Below, piece by piece: positions 1-12,424 of a DNA stretch of 64,000 nt (position 1 is its first letter; each line of letters begins with the position of its first letter). The position numbers and the translations under genes are program-made. The stretch is from Sminthopsis crassicaudata (lineage: Eukaryota), in contig NC_133618.1 in the NCBI RefSeq assembly GCF_048593235.1, positions 683,190,361 to 683,254,360 of the forward strand. The letters run 5' to 3'. The notes below the pieces were generated by a model. It saw only the letters and a program-made list of their open reading frames with translations, ran no database searches and was not told the origin of the DNA.

Positions 1-99
1 ACCTCAGAGCTGTTTAATGTGTATTTCTCTAGTCAACAGTGAGTTAGAGCATTTTTTCCTATGACTGTAGATAGTTCTGATTCGTTCATCTGAACACAA

Positions 100-300
100 C
101 CTATTGTATCCATTTGGGCTTTCCTTAGCCAAGATGCTGGAGTAGTTTGCCTTTTCCTTGTCCAATTTATTGGACAGATGAGGAAACTGAGCCAAACCGG
201 GTGAAGGGATCATACAAGCTAATATGTGTCTAAGGTTAGAGTTGAACTCAAGTCTTACTGACTATGGTCCTGTGCTCTATCTACTGAACCATCCAGCTCA
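100..300 (-). mobile_element. MAR1/CORE-type SINE fragment
   Basis: RTE-like tail (cttagccaagatgctggagtagtttgcc) followed by a CORE-like segment (acagatgaggaaactgag...gaactcaagtct); boundaries approximate. Confidence 0.55.
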
Positions 301-844
301 TCGTTTCAGAGGCGGTCGGTGAAATGGCAGGAGGCACCCACTGGGACCCCTGCCTCGGCCTGGCCCCGATACAAGGAGTTTCAGGGCCACCCTGACACCT
401 CCCCACATTTCCACCCATCCTGCAGGGCCACATTCCTTTCCCAGGCAGGGCGGCTTCCACCCTCTCACGAGGGAAAAGCAGATCCTGGGGGCAGAAGGAG
501 AGGTCTGGCTTACCCCTCCCCTAGGCTAGAGGATTTGCTGGTCACCCTCTCTGGACCTCTGCAAGTACCAGCATCTAGGACCAGAGCAGTAGGGACTGAG
601 CTGTCCTTTCTGACCAGCCTGCCCGTCAGAGACGCAGGAGAAGCATCACGACACAGCAGATATTGAGGGGGCCCCTGGAGCCAGTGTGACTCAGAGCAGA
701 GCAGAAAGGGAGGCTAGAGGTTCCCAGCAATGCAAAGATCCAGGACAATCCCAAGGCCTGCTGAAGCGCAGAAAGAGCTGGTATCAATACAGACAGAAGC
801 GTGCTAGCTTTCTTTCCCTCTTTTCTGGATTCTTCTCATACAAA

Positions 845-975
845 ATGACTAATGGAAATGTTTTACACGACAGTACACGTATGCCCTATATCAGATTGCT
901 TATCGTCTAAGGGAGGGAATTTGGAACTCAAATTTTAAATAAAAATTCCAAAAATTAAAAAAAAAAAAAAAAAAG
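845..975 (+). mobile_element. L1 3' end fragment with poly(A) tail
   Basis: marsupial L1-like 3' UTR end (gagggaatttggaactcaaa...aataaaaa) followed by an A-rich tail at ~955-975. Confidence 0.55.
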
Positions 976-989
976 AATGCTAGAGGCTT

Positions 990-1095
990 TTCATGTTGCA
1001 AATGAGGAAACAGAAACTTAGGCAGGGAGAGTGACAGGCCTACCCAGAGTTGCACAGAATTTGAACCCAGGCAGGTCCTCTGCATATGCCCTCTA
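990..1095 (+). mobile_element. MIR/CORE-SINE fragment
   Basis: gcaaatgaggaaacag...ttgcacagaatttgaacccagg resembles the CORE consensus. Confidence 0.45.
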
Positions 1096-1319
1096 CCACT
1101 CCTGCACAACTTGCAGGCCTCTTCCATATGCCAGAATTGGCCACAGGATGATCAAGACTAATAGAGCTCACATCCACAGAAAGGTCTTCCCTAAACCCTT
1201 CAGCTTCCCCATGTCCTTCCAATGCAACCAAGCCAGGTTCCCAGTCTCAGAGTCAGTCTGGATTCCTTGCTCTCTCACCAAACATCCAAGTCTCCGTAGC
1301 CCGTGATCTCCCCCCAGAA

Positions 1320-1760
1320 ACATCTTTTGTCACTTTCACTTCTGCCACACTTCTTCATGTCTTGTATATGTCACCTTTGTTACTTTTTTAGGGTCAATTT
1401 CACCTCTGCCTAATGACAATTCCATTTCTGCAACATCTCTCGTCAATTCCACCTTGACTAATATCTTCTGTCAATGGCACCTCTGAAACATCTTTTGTCA
1501 ATTCCCCTCTGTAACATCTTGTCCATTCTACCTTTACAACCTCTCTCCTCAATTCCACCTTGACTAATATCTCTTGTCAATTCTACCTTTGCAATATCTC
1601 CTGTCAATGGCACCTCTGCAACAGCTCCTGTCAGTTCTACCTTTACAACATCTCTTGTCAATTCCAACTTCACAACATCTTGTCAATTCCTTATACAATA
1701 TCTCCTGTCAATTCTATCTTTACATTTCCTGTCAATGGCACCTCTGCAACATCTCTATCT
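1320..1760. repeat. degenerate ~27-bp tandem repeat
   Basis: units such as aatatctcctgtcaatggcacctctgc and aacatctcttgtcaattccaacttcac; mostly 27 bp, some 23-24 bp. Confidence 0.8.
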
Positions 1761-3699
1761 TCCTATCATTTCCCCAATACTTTTCCCCCTCTCTGCACTG
1801 GCCCCATTCTGGTGCAGACCCTCATCACCCCTGGAATACTGTAACAGCTGCTGACTCTAGGAGTCTAACTATAAAGAAACCTGGATTTTGTAAAGAAACC
1901 ATATTTTGTACTGATTACAATCTGTTTCTCCCACTGCGTAAGTTCCATTCCAGGTGGTTTGGAAAATGCCTGTGGATAGATGGATGGATGGATGGTTGTA
2001 AGGCTACCCCTACCACCATTTGAGAGTTGAGGGGAAGAAAAGTGTAAGTGGCCGAGAAGCTTGGCAGGGGAGTTTGGAGTATGATCCTGGAGTTTTCTGT
2101 AAGGAAGAGATAAGAGTTTTGGCTTGCGAGGCCCATGATGAAGTTCAACTTCAGGCCTAAGACTAGTCCTGACACCTGGATTTCCAGAACAGGCCTGGGA
2201 GGCCTGGGAGACCTCTAGAGTGATACCAAGATCTCAAGGCAAGGTCACGTTGGGCTGGAGCTCTATGTTCAAGGACATGACAGGGACAAAGCAAGTGGTC
2301 TGGGAGTCAACAGAACTGGCTCTGTGTCTCAGTCCTGGTTCTGGCTGGTTGGGCAGTTTGCCCTCCTCTAGCCCCTGTCGTCTTTGAGGGCCAGCTGAAG
2401 ACAGTGGGCATAGACACCCTAAAGATGAAACAGCTCGGTGTGGGAGAGATGCTGATTTTGTGTCTGTCCCATAAAAAGGGGTCCCAGAGACCAGACCTGA
2501 AAGCAATCTGCTGGGGAAGGGAAAGTAGTGAACTTCCCCGTCCCCAAGTTCTGCCAGCAGAGGCTGAATGAGAACTTGTTGAGGATGAAGCAGGAAACCC
2601 TTGTGTGCAGGTATGGGCTGGACTAGCTAAATGGCCTCCAAAGTCCTTTACTAGAGTGACAAGCTGCCATGTGTTTTGGGCCTCAAGCTTTCCATCTGAA
2701 CTATGTGGCCCCAGGGGTGTGATGGAACAGCTCAGCTACCCATAACTGTATCCATCCAGGGCTTAGCACAGTGCCTGGCATTCAGCAGGCATTTAATATA
2801 GTTGACTGCTGTGATCTCCCAAGACAAGCCACAAGAGGCTGAAGGGAGTGTCCCCTTGAGGAACTGTCTCTCCTCCCCTCTCCCCCCCACATACTCCATC
2901 TCTTAGCTCCACCTTGACTGTAAGTCCATCTGGCCTGTAATGGCCTCTCCAGGGCTAAAATTCTTATGGAAGAAGGAACTAAGACCTGAGCTTTTCTGTC
3001 TTTATCGTAATCTGTGTCACTGTTTCTGTCCCTGAACCTGTTCCTCTGTCACAATCTCTCTTCCTCTGTCCCTGTCTCTGTCATAATCTCTCTCCTGTCT
3101 CTATTTCTCTGCCCTTCCCCCCACTTCCTCCCTTCCCTCTGTTTAGCACTTGAATGATTCTGGTTACCCCATAAGTTCCACTCCTTCATTTTATAGGAGA
3201 ATGGGGGGGGGGGGAGTTCCAAAGGAATAAGGGACTTGATCAAAGTCACACTCGTTTGGCTTTGGGCCCAGAGTCCCAACTTCTGGGTTTTTAATGTTCT
3301 GAACAGTTACTTTGAACCTCAGTTTACTCACCTGTAGGCTGGAAATAATGGTATCTGCTTCCCCTTACTCTCAGGCCAGCAAGTAATATATATATTCATC
3401 ATTTCCTATGTGTCAAGCGCGAGATTTGAGGGCTGCGGACCCAGAGAAAGGGAAACTGCCCTGCCCCCCGGGATTTGAGCTTGCACTCTCTCTGATGGCT
3501 AGAGGAACTGCTCATAAAAATCTGCAAAGTGGGGGGGAGGTGTAGGAAGGTCAGGACAGTGGGGAGTCCTGAGGACCTGGGTCTCTAATGTTGGCCGGCT
3601 GGGAGACCCTGTCAGAGTCACTTATCCGCTGTCTGTGGAAGTACAAGGGAACAGAAACAGCTGGGAAAGGGCACAGCCTGCCCGCTGACCTCAGTCCAG

Positions 3700-6300
3700 C
3701 TCCCAGGGAGGGCGGGAAGTCTGAGGCTACTCTACCCCCCCCCCCAAAGTCCTGCTATCGCCTCCCATCGCATGGGGCTCCGGCAGCGACCACCCACCCA
3801 GCTCCTCCCCCCAGCCTCCAGCCCCGGGAACTCAGAGGAGCCTCGGTTTCTCCAGGTCCCTGCCTCCAGCTACCCGCGCTCCGTGGCTTTCCCAGCCCAG
3901 CTTACCCTAAATTCCGCAGCGCTCACGCAAAGGGGATTTTCCAGGCAGGGGAGGAGCCCCATTGCCCTGCGCTCCCCCCTTTCCATTAATAATAAAGAAG
4001 TGGAGCTCAGAAAGCCCTCGGCACTTGTCGTCCTCTCCCATCCCACAGCTCCACATAGACCAGCCGTGTGTCTGGTTTCGGGCCGGCTCTCAGGGAAGGG
4101 ACGCCACGTATCCAAGGTCACCCCATCCCAGGGCCAGAGTCCCCGGGCTCGGGAGCTTTCCGTCCCCGCTCCTAAGACTTGCAGAGACCTGGGGGAGACT
4201 TGGGGGAGACCAGGGGCTCCCGCTCGGCCTGAGGCTCTTCCCCAGGCCCCGAGGTAAGCCCCTCCCCCAGCTCCCGGTGCCTCCGCCGCAGGGGACCGGA
4301 TGATTCACCGCCATTAGTCAGGGCAGATAGGGGAATCACCTCCCGCGGCGGCCGCGAGGTTTTGGGTTACTCAGGACGCCGGCTCAACCTTCCCTGAAAA
4401 GTGCAGCCCTCCCCCTCCTTTGGGTGGTCGGCGTAGACGCCCCGCGTCCCCCAAGCCTCAGTCCCTGACCCCCAAGCGGGAGGCCCGAGCCCTGGCTGGG
4501 CGGCTGGGTCCCCGAACTCCGGGCCGCCGCCTTCCGCGTTTCGGAGCGAAATGAGAACTTGGACCGACCGGGTGGCCCCGGGGCCGAGCTTCGGGGAGTC
4601 CGAGCGCTGACCCCGAGTGAGAGCCGAGCCGCCTGGCAGGACGCTTGTAGAAGAGCCGGCGGTCAAGGTGGCTCCCGAGAGCCCAGGGAAACCGGCAAAG
4701 GTCAAGGCTCCCTCCCGCCACATGGGCTGGGGGCTGCGCAGGGGAGGGAAGCGCTCTCGGGGGAGCCCCCAGATCGCAGCGCCTTCTCCCCCGACACACC
4801 CGCGCTCCGGGAAGCGGGAAGTTCGCCCGGCCGCCCCCAGGCTCCCACCCCGGAGAGGTGCCGGGGTCCCGCCTGACTCACTTCCCTTCACCAAAGCCTG
4901 GGGGCCAAACCTCCCCGAGCGCCCGAGCCTCGGACCCGTCGGACGGGACGCGTTCCGGGACCAGCCTGGAGACGCCGGGATCCCTCCCAGGACCCGGGCG
5001 GCGATCCGGCCCCGGCCCGAGCCGGGCGAGGGCGCCGGGTAAACAGCCCGCGAAGCGCGGCGAGCGTGCTCCCTCCGGCCTGAGCGGCCGGCCCCCAGCT
5101 CCGCTGCCCCTCACTCACCGGGGAGCCCCGGGGCGCCGCGCGGGCTCAGGAAGAACGCCCACAGGAGCCCCAGAAGGCAGCGGCGGCCGCACATGGTCCC
5201 GGCTCTGACCCGGCGGGAGCGGAACTGGGCACGGTCCCAGGTCGGCCGACGCTCCACCCCCGTGCTCCCGGGCTGCGAGGGGGCGGTGCTCCCCTCCCTC
5301 CCCTTCCTCTGGTTTCCTCCTCCGCCCTGTTAGAGTTCAGGGGCTCAGGTGGATGCCAAATGTGGCCGGCCGTGGGTGGGCGTCCCGTCCGCTTCAGCTC
5401 CAGCGCAGAGGGAAGTTCTGGACGCTGGCGGCGAGTTCTCCTGCCTCCTTGGCAGCAGGCTTTCTCAAGGCTGAAATGGCTGGGGAAGCCCCCCAGGTGT
5501 TCAGAGGGACTCTCTGCGCCCCCCCCCCCCCACGCCAGAGCTTTCCCACCCGCCACTGATCGGACAGCCACGCTCAGGACCGGACCGGAACTCCGGCCGT
5601 CGCTGAAGCGCTGGCCAGGGACGCCCACCTGGACGATGCGATTGTCACTTGCCAGCTCAGGGAGGGGGAGGCTCCCAAGGAAAGTGGGGGCCGGGCGAGG
5701 CCCCCAGACGGAGAGGCCTCCTTAGCGAAGCCTGCCAAATCTGCCCCACGCCCGACGGAATCGCTGCCCGGGGGGGCGCGGCTCCCTCACGCGGGCCACG
5801 GGGCTTGAATTCGAGATGGGCCTTTGCGGAAACGGCGATTTTAGGGAGAACTCACGCAGGTTAAGAGCTCCCAAGAAGGTCCCCCAAAGTGGCCACTCTC
5901 GAGGTCTGGAGAGCTCTAAAGCTCTCGGGAGCTTCTCGGAGTTCGGGGACCCAGGGGAGACCCTGGCCCAGGACCGCCCGGACGGCGAGCCCTCCCCGGG
6001 GAAGGGGTGTGCTCCGGGAGCAAAGCTGAGTGGAAGGGGCCCAGGAGAAACCCCCAACGTGGCCACAGTAACTCTGGGGACCGAACAGCCAGCTCACGGC
6101 CCCGGGCAGGAACCGCCGCCAGACCCTCCTTTCCAGGTCCCCTGGCTGGGGCGCGGCGGCCGGGCTCAGCCCCAGAGGGAAAATAGGGGCCAGCTGGGAG
6201 CCCGCCCCTTCCTGGGAGGGGCGGGAGGGCCCGGCCCGGGAGATGACTTTTACCTGAGGTAGTCTCGCCCCTCCGGGAGTCTCACTGACTAATGCCCGGG
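3700..6300. promoter_or_regulatory. CpG island around the putative signal-peptide exon
   Basis: high GC and dense CpG by inspection; contains the ATG exon at 5119-5194. Confidence 0.6.
5119..5194 (-). CDS. putative first coding exon encoding a signal peptide (MCGRRCLLGLLWAFFLSPRGAPGLP); ADAM8 candidate by synteny only
   Basis: gggaccATG start, 76 nt, basic N-region plus hydrophobic core, consensus G|gtgagt phase-1 donor; same strand as TUBGCP2 and downstream of it, as ADAM8 is in human; no ADAM8 exon 2 recognised in 1-5118. Confidence 0.45.
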
Positions 6301-6507
6301 ACTACTGGAGGATGTGCGCGGACAAGCTGGACGCTGGATGAATGAGAACTAATTAAGGCAGGGGGTTAAGAGCCTTGAGGGGCTTGGGAAAGGCTTCCTG
6401 GGCTAGGGGCGACTTTAGCTGACATTGGAAGGAAGCCGGGAGGCTGATGCGGAGGAGGCACAGACGGTGAAAAGGCAGACAGACAGGGGACAGCGTGGCC
6501 AGAGATA

Positions 6508-9500
6508 GAGAGACCCAAACACGGATAGAACAGAGGCCGAAACACGGATAGAACAGAGACCCAGACACGGATAGAACAGAGACCCAAACGCAGATAGAAC
6601 AGATACAGAAACGGGGATAGAACAGAGGCCGAAACACGGATAGAACAGAGGCCGAAACACGGATAGAACAGAGACCCAGACACGGATAGAACAGAGACCC
6701 AAACGCAGATAGAACAGATACAGAAACGGGGATAGAACAGAGGCCGAAACACGGATAGAACAGAGACCCAGACACGGGTAGAACAGAGGCCGAAACACGG
6801 ATAGAACAGAGACCCAAACACGGGTAGAACAGAGGCCGAAACACGGATAGAACAGAGACCCAAACACGGGTAGAACAGAGACCCAGACACGGATAGAACA
6901 GAGGCCGAAACACGGATGGAACAGAGACCCAGACACGGATAGAACAGAGGCCGAAACACGGATAGAACAGAGACCCAGACACGGGTAGAACAGAGGCCGA
7001 AACACGGATAGAACAGAGACCCAAACACGGGTAGAACAGAGACCCAGACACGGATAGAACAGAGGCCGAAACACGGATGGAACAGAGACCCAGACACGGA
7101 TAGAACAGAGGCCGAAACACGGATAGAACAGAGACCCAAACGCGGATAGAACAGAGACCAGAACACGGATAGAACAGAGACCCAAACGCAGATAGAACAG
7201 ATACAGAAACGGGGATAGAACAGAGGCCGAAACACGGATAGAACAGAGGCCGAAACACGGATAGAACAGAGACCCAGACACGGATAGAACAGAGACCCAA
7301 ACGCAGATAGAACAGATACAGAAACGGGGATAGAACAGAGGCCGAAACACGGATAGAACAGAGACCCAGACACGGGTAGAACAGAGGCCGAAACACGGAT
7401 AGAACAGAGACCCAAACACGGGTAGAACAGAGGCCGAAACACGGATAGAACAGAGACCCAAACACGGGTAGAACAGAGACCCAGACACGGATAGAACAGA
7501 GGCCGAAACACGGATGGAACAGAGACCCAGACACGGATAGAACAGAGGCCGAAACACGGATAGAACAGAGACCCAGACACGGGTAGAACAGAGGCCGAAA
7601 CACGGATAGAACAGAGACCCAAACACGGGTAGAACAGAGACCCAGACACGGATAGAACAGAGGCCGAAACACGGATGGAACAGAGACCCAGACACGGATA
7701 GAACAGAGACCGGAACACGGATAGAACAGAGACCCAGACACGGATAGAACAGAGACCCAAACACGGATAGAACAGAGACCCAAACGCGGATAGAACAGAG
7801 ACCAGAACACGGATAGAACAGAGGCCGAAACACGGATAGAACAGAGGCCGAAACACGGATAGAACAGAGACCGGAACATGGATAGAACAGAGACCCAAAC
7901 ACGGATAGAACAGAGGCCAAAACACAGATAGAACAGAGACCGGAACATGGATAGAAAGGAGACCCAAACGCGGATAGAACAGAGACCGGAACATGGATAG
8001 AACAGAGACCCAAACGCGGATAGAACAGAGACCGGAACATGGATAGAACAGAGGCCAAAACACAGATAGAACAGAGGCCAAAACACGGATAGAACAGAGA
8101 CTCAAACGCGGATAGAACGGAGACCCAAACACGGATAGAACAGAGACCGGAACATGGATAGAACAGAGACCCAAACACGGATAGAACAGAGACCGGAACA
8201 TGGATAGAGCAGAGACCCAAACACGGATAGAACAGAGACCGAAACACGGATAGAACAGAGGCCGAAACACGGATAGAACAGAGACCCAAACACGGGTAGA
8301 ACAGAGGCCGAAACACGGATAGAACAGAGACCAGAACACGGATAGAACAGAGGCCAAAACACGGATAGAACAGAGACCGGAACATGGATAGAACAGAGAC
8401 CGAAACACGGATAGAACAGAGACCAGAACACGGATAGAACAGAGGCCAAAACACGGATAGAACAGAGACCGGAACATGGATAGAACAGAGGCCAAAACAC
8501 AGATAGAACAGAGACCGGAACATGGATAGAACAGAGGCCAAAACACGGATAGAACAGAGACCGGAACATGGATAGAACAGAGGCCGAAACACGGATAGAA
8601 CAGAGACCCAGACACGGGTAGAACAGAGGCCGAAACACGGATAGAACAGAGACCCAAACACGGGTAGAACAGAGACCCAGACACGGATAGAACAGAGGCC
8701 GAAACACGGATGGAACAGAGACCCAGACACGGATAGAACAGAGACCGGAACACGGATAGAACAGAGACCCAGACACGGATAGAACAGAGACCCAAACACG
8801 GATAGAACAGAGACCCAAACGCGGATAGAACAGAGACCAGAACACGGATAGAACAGAGGCCGAAACACGGATAGAACAGAGGCCGAAACACGGATAGAAC
8901 AGAGACCGGAACATGGATAGAACAGAGACCCAAACACGGATAGAACAGAGGCCAAAACACAGATAGAACAGAGACCGGAACATGGATAGAAAGGAGACCC
9001 AAACGCGGATAGAACAGAGACCGGAACATGGATAGAACAGAGACCCAAACGCGGATAGAACAGAGACCGGAACATGGATAGAACAGAGGCCAAAACACAG
9101 ATAGAACAGAGGCCAAAACACGGATAGAACAGAGACTCAAACGCGGATAGAACGGAGACCCAAACACGGATAGAACAGAGACCGGAACATGGATAGAACA
9201 GAGACCCAAACACGGATAGAACAGAGACCGGAACATGGATAGAGCAGAGACCCAAACACGGATAGAACAGAGACCGAAACACGGATAGAACAGAGGCCGA
9301 AACACGGATAGAACAGAGACCCAAACACGGGTAGAACAGAGGCCGAAACACGGATAGAACAGAGACCAGAACACGGATAGAACAGAGGCCAAAACACGGA
9401 TAGAACAGAGACCGGAACATGGATAGAACAGAGACCGAAACACGGATAGAACAGAGACCAGAACACGGATAGAACAGAGGCCAAAACACGGATAGAACAG

Positions 9501-9662
9501 AGACCGGAACATGGATAGAACAGAGGCCAAAACACAGATAGAACAGAGACCGGAACATGGATAGAACAGAGGCCAAAACACGGATAGAACAGAGACCGGA
9601 ACATGGATAGAACAGAGGCCAAAACACGGATAGAACAGATACAGAAACGGGGATAGAACAGA
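6508..9662. repeat. 23-bp minisatellite array (~137 units) with higher-order duplications
   Basis: unit GAACAGAG(A/G)CC(C/G)(A/G)(A/G)ACA(C/T)GGATA; rare variants recur at 598 bp (gacccaaacgcag at 6581/7179 and 6696/7294) and 1035 bp (minus-strand stop variant at 8102/9137). Confidence 0.97.
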
Positions 9663-11085
9663 GAGAGACTGAAACAGATAAACAGAGACCCAGACAAACA
9701 AGAAGGAAGCAGAAGTCCATGAGGCCCCCACTCCTCTCCCTCATTCAATTCCTGCCCTAATCCTAGGGGAGCAAAGCTGGGCCTCTGCAGGCTAGGTGAG
9801 AGGAGCAGGAAGTCGTGGCTCTTGCCTCAGCTTCCTCCCTAGAGCTTAGTCCAGACTGGAAATGAAGGGGCAGTCACCTGTCCAGCCTGCACCTGAACCC
9901 TGGACGTGTCTGGGGGCCTTGCCCTGCTTGGGGGGGGACCCCTTCCATGACGGGACAGCCCCCGGGGGAGGAAGTTTGTTCAGAGATCCAGATCTGCCTC
10001 CTGGCAACCTCCTGTGGCGCCCCCCAAACCCCAGTCAAGAAGAAAACTCTTATGTCTCCTCTGTCCCCCTTCCGTATTCCTGCAGCTCTTCTCCCAGGTC
10101 CACTTCTCCAGGTCCTTTTCCTAACCCCAAGATGGCACCATCTGCGTCCTTCACTGTCCTGTTAACCAGCGCTGGTCCTCTGGGGGGCCCTCTCTCAACA
10201 TCCCCGAAGCCCGATGCTGGGGCCTGGCCAGGGCTGGGTGAACAAGCCCCCTCCCCCAGGACATTCGCCTCTCAGTAAGGCAGAAGGTGACTTCAGGAAC
10301 CACTCTGGACGTTGGGGGAGGGGAGATGGGGAAGTAGAAGGTCTCCCTTGTTTCACAGATGAGAAAATGGGGACCATTCGCCCAAGATCCCCCAAGAGTC
10401 GGGCTGAGCTGGGACTGGAATGATTTCATTTCCCTTTGAGTTTGTGACTCATCCCCCAGGGATCATTTCTGCATGAAAGGAGGTGTGAACTTTTCGAGCC
10501 AAGCCTCCCCCTCCATTTAGAAAGCTAAGAGATCGAAGAGAAGGGAGCACTTTTATCCCGATTCAGTGGATTTTGTCATGGGGGGGGGGGGGGCGTTCAT
10601 GAAGGTAACAGCATGGGCAAGCAGGAATGGGCTGCAATCTGCCTCAAAGGAGGGCACTCCCCCACAGAGGAGGGCGTGACTCCATTGAGAAGACTTTCTG
10701 CTTGTCCCGGTGACCGCTGGGGTCACTTCAGTTCTCCAGGCTGCTGTCCAGCAGGTCAGCCATCCTTCCACCCTTCACATGCACAAATTTGGGGACCCTC
10801 CTGTCTCGGCGCCATCCTCGTCCCGGACAAGAGCGCTCCCTGGCCCCGGGCAGGACCGATGCTCCGCGGGGGCAGCACAAGTTCGGCTCCGTGAGGGCAG
10901 GGCAGTGTTGTTTTGGTCTCAGTATCTAATACAGTAATATTCATTCTAAGAAATATTTCCTGGACCGAACCTCGTGACTCCCAGGCCAATGTGCCCACCC
11001 CAGGGGCAGGGCTGCTCGCATTGACCCCAAGGTCCCTCTGCGGCCGTCCCTCTCGCGTCCCGATGTGCCCCGATTCCTCCCCCAG

Positions 11086-11233
11086 ACTAGAGGAGCGGGA
11101 GATTCTTCTCGAGAAGATCACAGAGTCCATGAGAACAGAGACTTGGCTTGACCAGTTGAACAATGAGTTGGTCAAGGAAATGAGACAAGGTGGAGGTGTC
11201 CAAAATCTGGCCAGCCATTTGGCTGGACGTTAG
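11086..11233 (+). other. candidate orphan terminal coding exon (LEEREILLEKITESMRTETWLDQLNNELVKEMRQGGGVQNLASHLAGR*)
   Basis: pyrimidine-rich acceptor ttcctcccccag at 11085; helical, charged open frame ending in TAG; no family recognised. Confidence 0.25.
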
Positions 11234-12110
11234 GATCCTTGTCTTCAAACTTTCGTCAGACAGTGCCTTCTCAACCCCAGCCCACTGCCTGGGTCCTGGG
11301 CCCCCCCTTTTTGTCCCCAACGGCCACACAACCCCCCAGCCCAAGATGGTGTGCCTGTCTTCCCCCCCCTCCCATGAAGAGTCAGGAAGTGGCTGGAGGA
11401 GAAAAATTCCACATCTACACCCGCTTTCCAGAAGGATGCAAAGACTTCCTAGTCCTGATCTGCCTCTTCCCCTTTCTGGGACTCAGTTTCCTACTCTGCA
11501 AAATGAGGCTTCAAGGGCCCTTCCTTGCCTAGTGATCCACAAGCCTGACCTTCCCTGCTACTTCCTGGGCGCTGAGAGGCTCAGCATTGTGACCAGAAAC
11601 GGTGGGTTTGTAACACCATCACACTGCAGATGGCGAGGGTATACCCAGCCGGCCTCCTGCAGTCAGAACTCTGCTAAAGGAGCATTTAGTCAATCCAATA
11701 AGCCCAAAGAGAAAGCCAAAAGAAAGCCATGTCCCAAATGGGCCGGTTACAAAGTTCAAGGGGCAGAGTCTCTGGGTAATGAATCCTTTGATTATTATTG
11801 CTTGGAGTCTATAAAAGGATCGCTCATTTGGCTGCCTTTTTTAAACCAAAGATGGATCCTTGTGGCCCTTTAATGCTTATATACCGGGAAGAACGAGTGT
11901 CCCAACAGCTGGCGATCAACTCTGATTGGTTAACAATGAATCCGAAGAATGGGTGTTTTATTCTAATGAGGGGCTGGGGGACGGAGCCTTTGGTGACAGA
12001 CCACCCTCAGCGGGGGTCCAGACTCTAGCCCCTCAAACTGTGGCTCTCGCCCCCTGTGGGGTCTTGTAACTGAAGGGGGGAGTCGTGAAATTAAGATTTA
12101 TCCCCAATAA

Positions 12111-12254
12111 GGGGCAGCTAGGGGGCGCAGTGGAGAGAGCACCAGCCTTGAATTCAGGAAGACCCGAGTTCAAATCTGGTCTCAGACACTTAACACTTCC
12201 TAGCTGTGTGACCCTGGGCAAGTCACTTAACCCCAGCCTCAGGGGAAAAAAAAA
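12111..12254 (+). mobile_element. young tRNA-derived CORE-SINE (WSINE1-like)
   Basis: ggggcagctagg head with A/B boxes, A tail, perfect 18-bp TSD aagatttatccccaataa (12093-12110 and 12255-12272). Confidence 0.92.
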
Positions 12255-12424
12255 AAGATTTATCCCCAATAAATGTTTGATTTGTATTTTATAAACCTAC
12301 ATACCCCGAGGCAAGTCAAAATTTCTTGGACAAAAAAGGAGTGTCCCATGGCCAAGGTTCAAGAAGCCTTGATCTAGATTAAAGATTTACACTGTCCCCC
12401 CCTGCCCCCCAAGCCCAAGCACAA

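Noticed and set aside
6508-9662. CRISPR-like regular array
   Set aside because: Units are contiguous with no unique spacers, there are no cas genes, and the context is a mammalian genome
6353-9748. Very long minus-strand ORFs (up to 1121 aa) resembling a Cys/Leu-rich membrane protein
   Set aside because: They arise from the 23-bp minisatellite; the same 23-aa period appears in all three frames, which is a repeat artefact rather than coding signal
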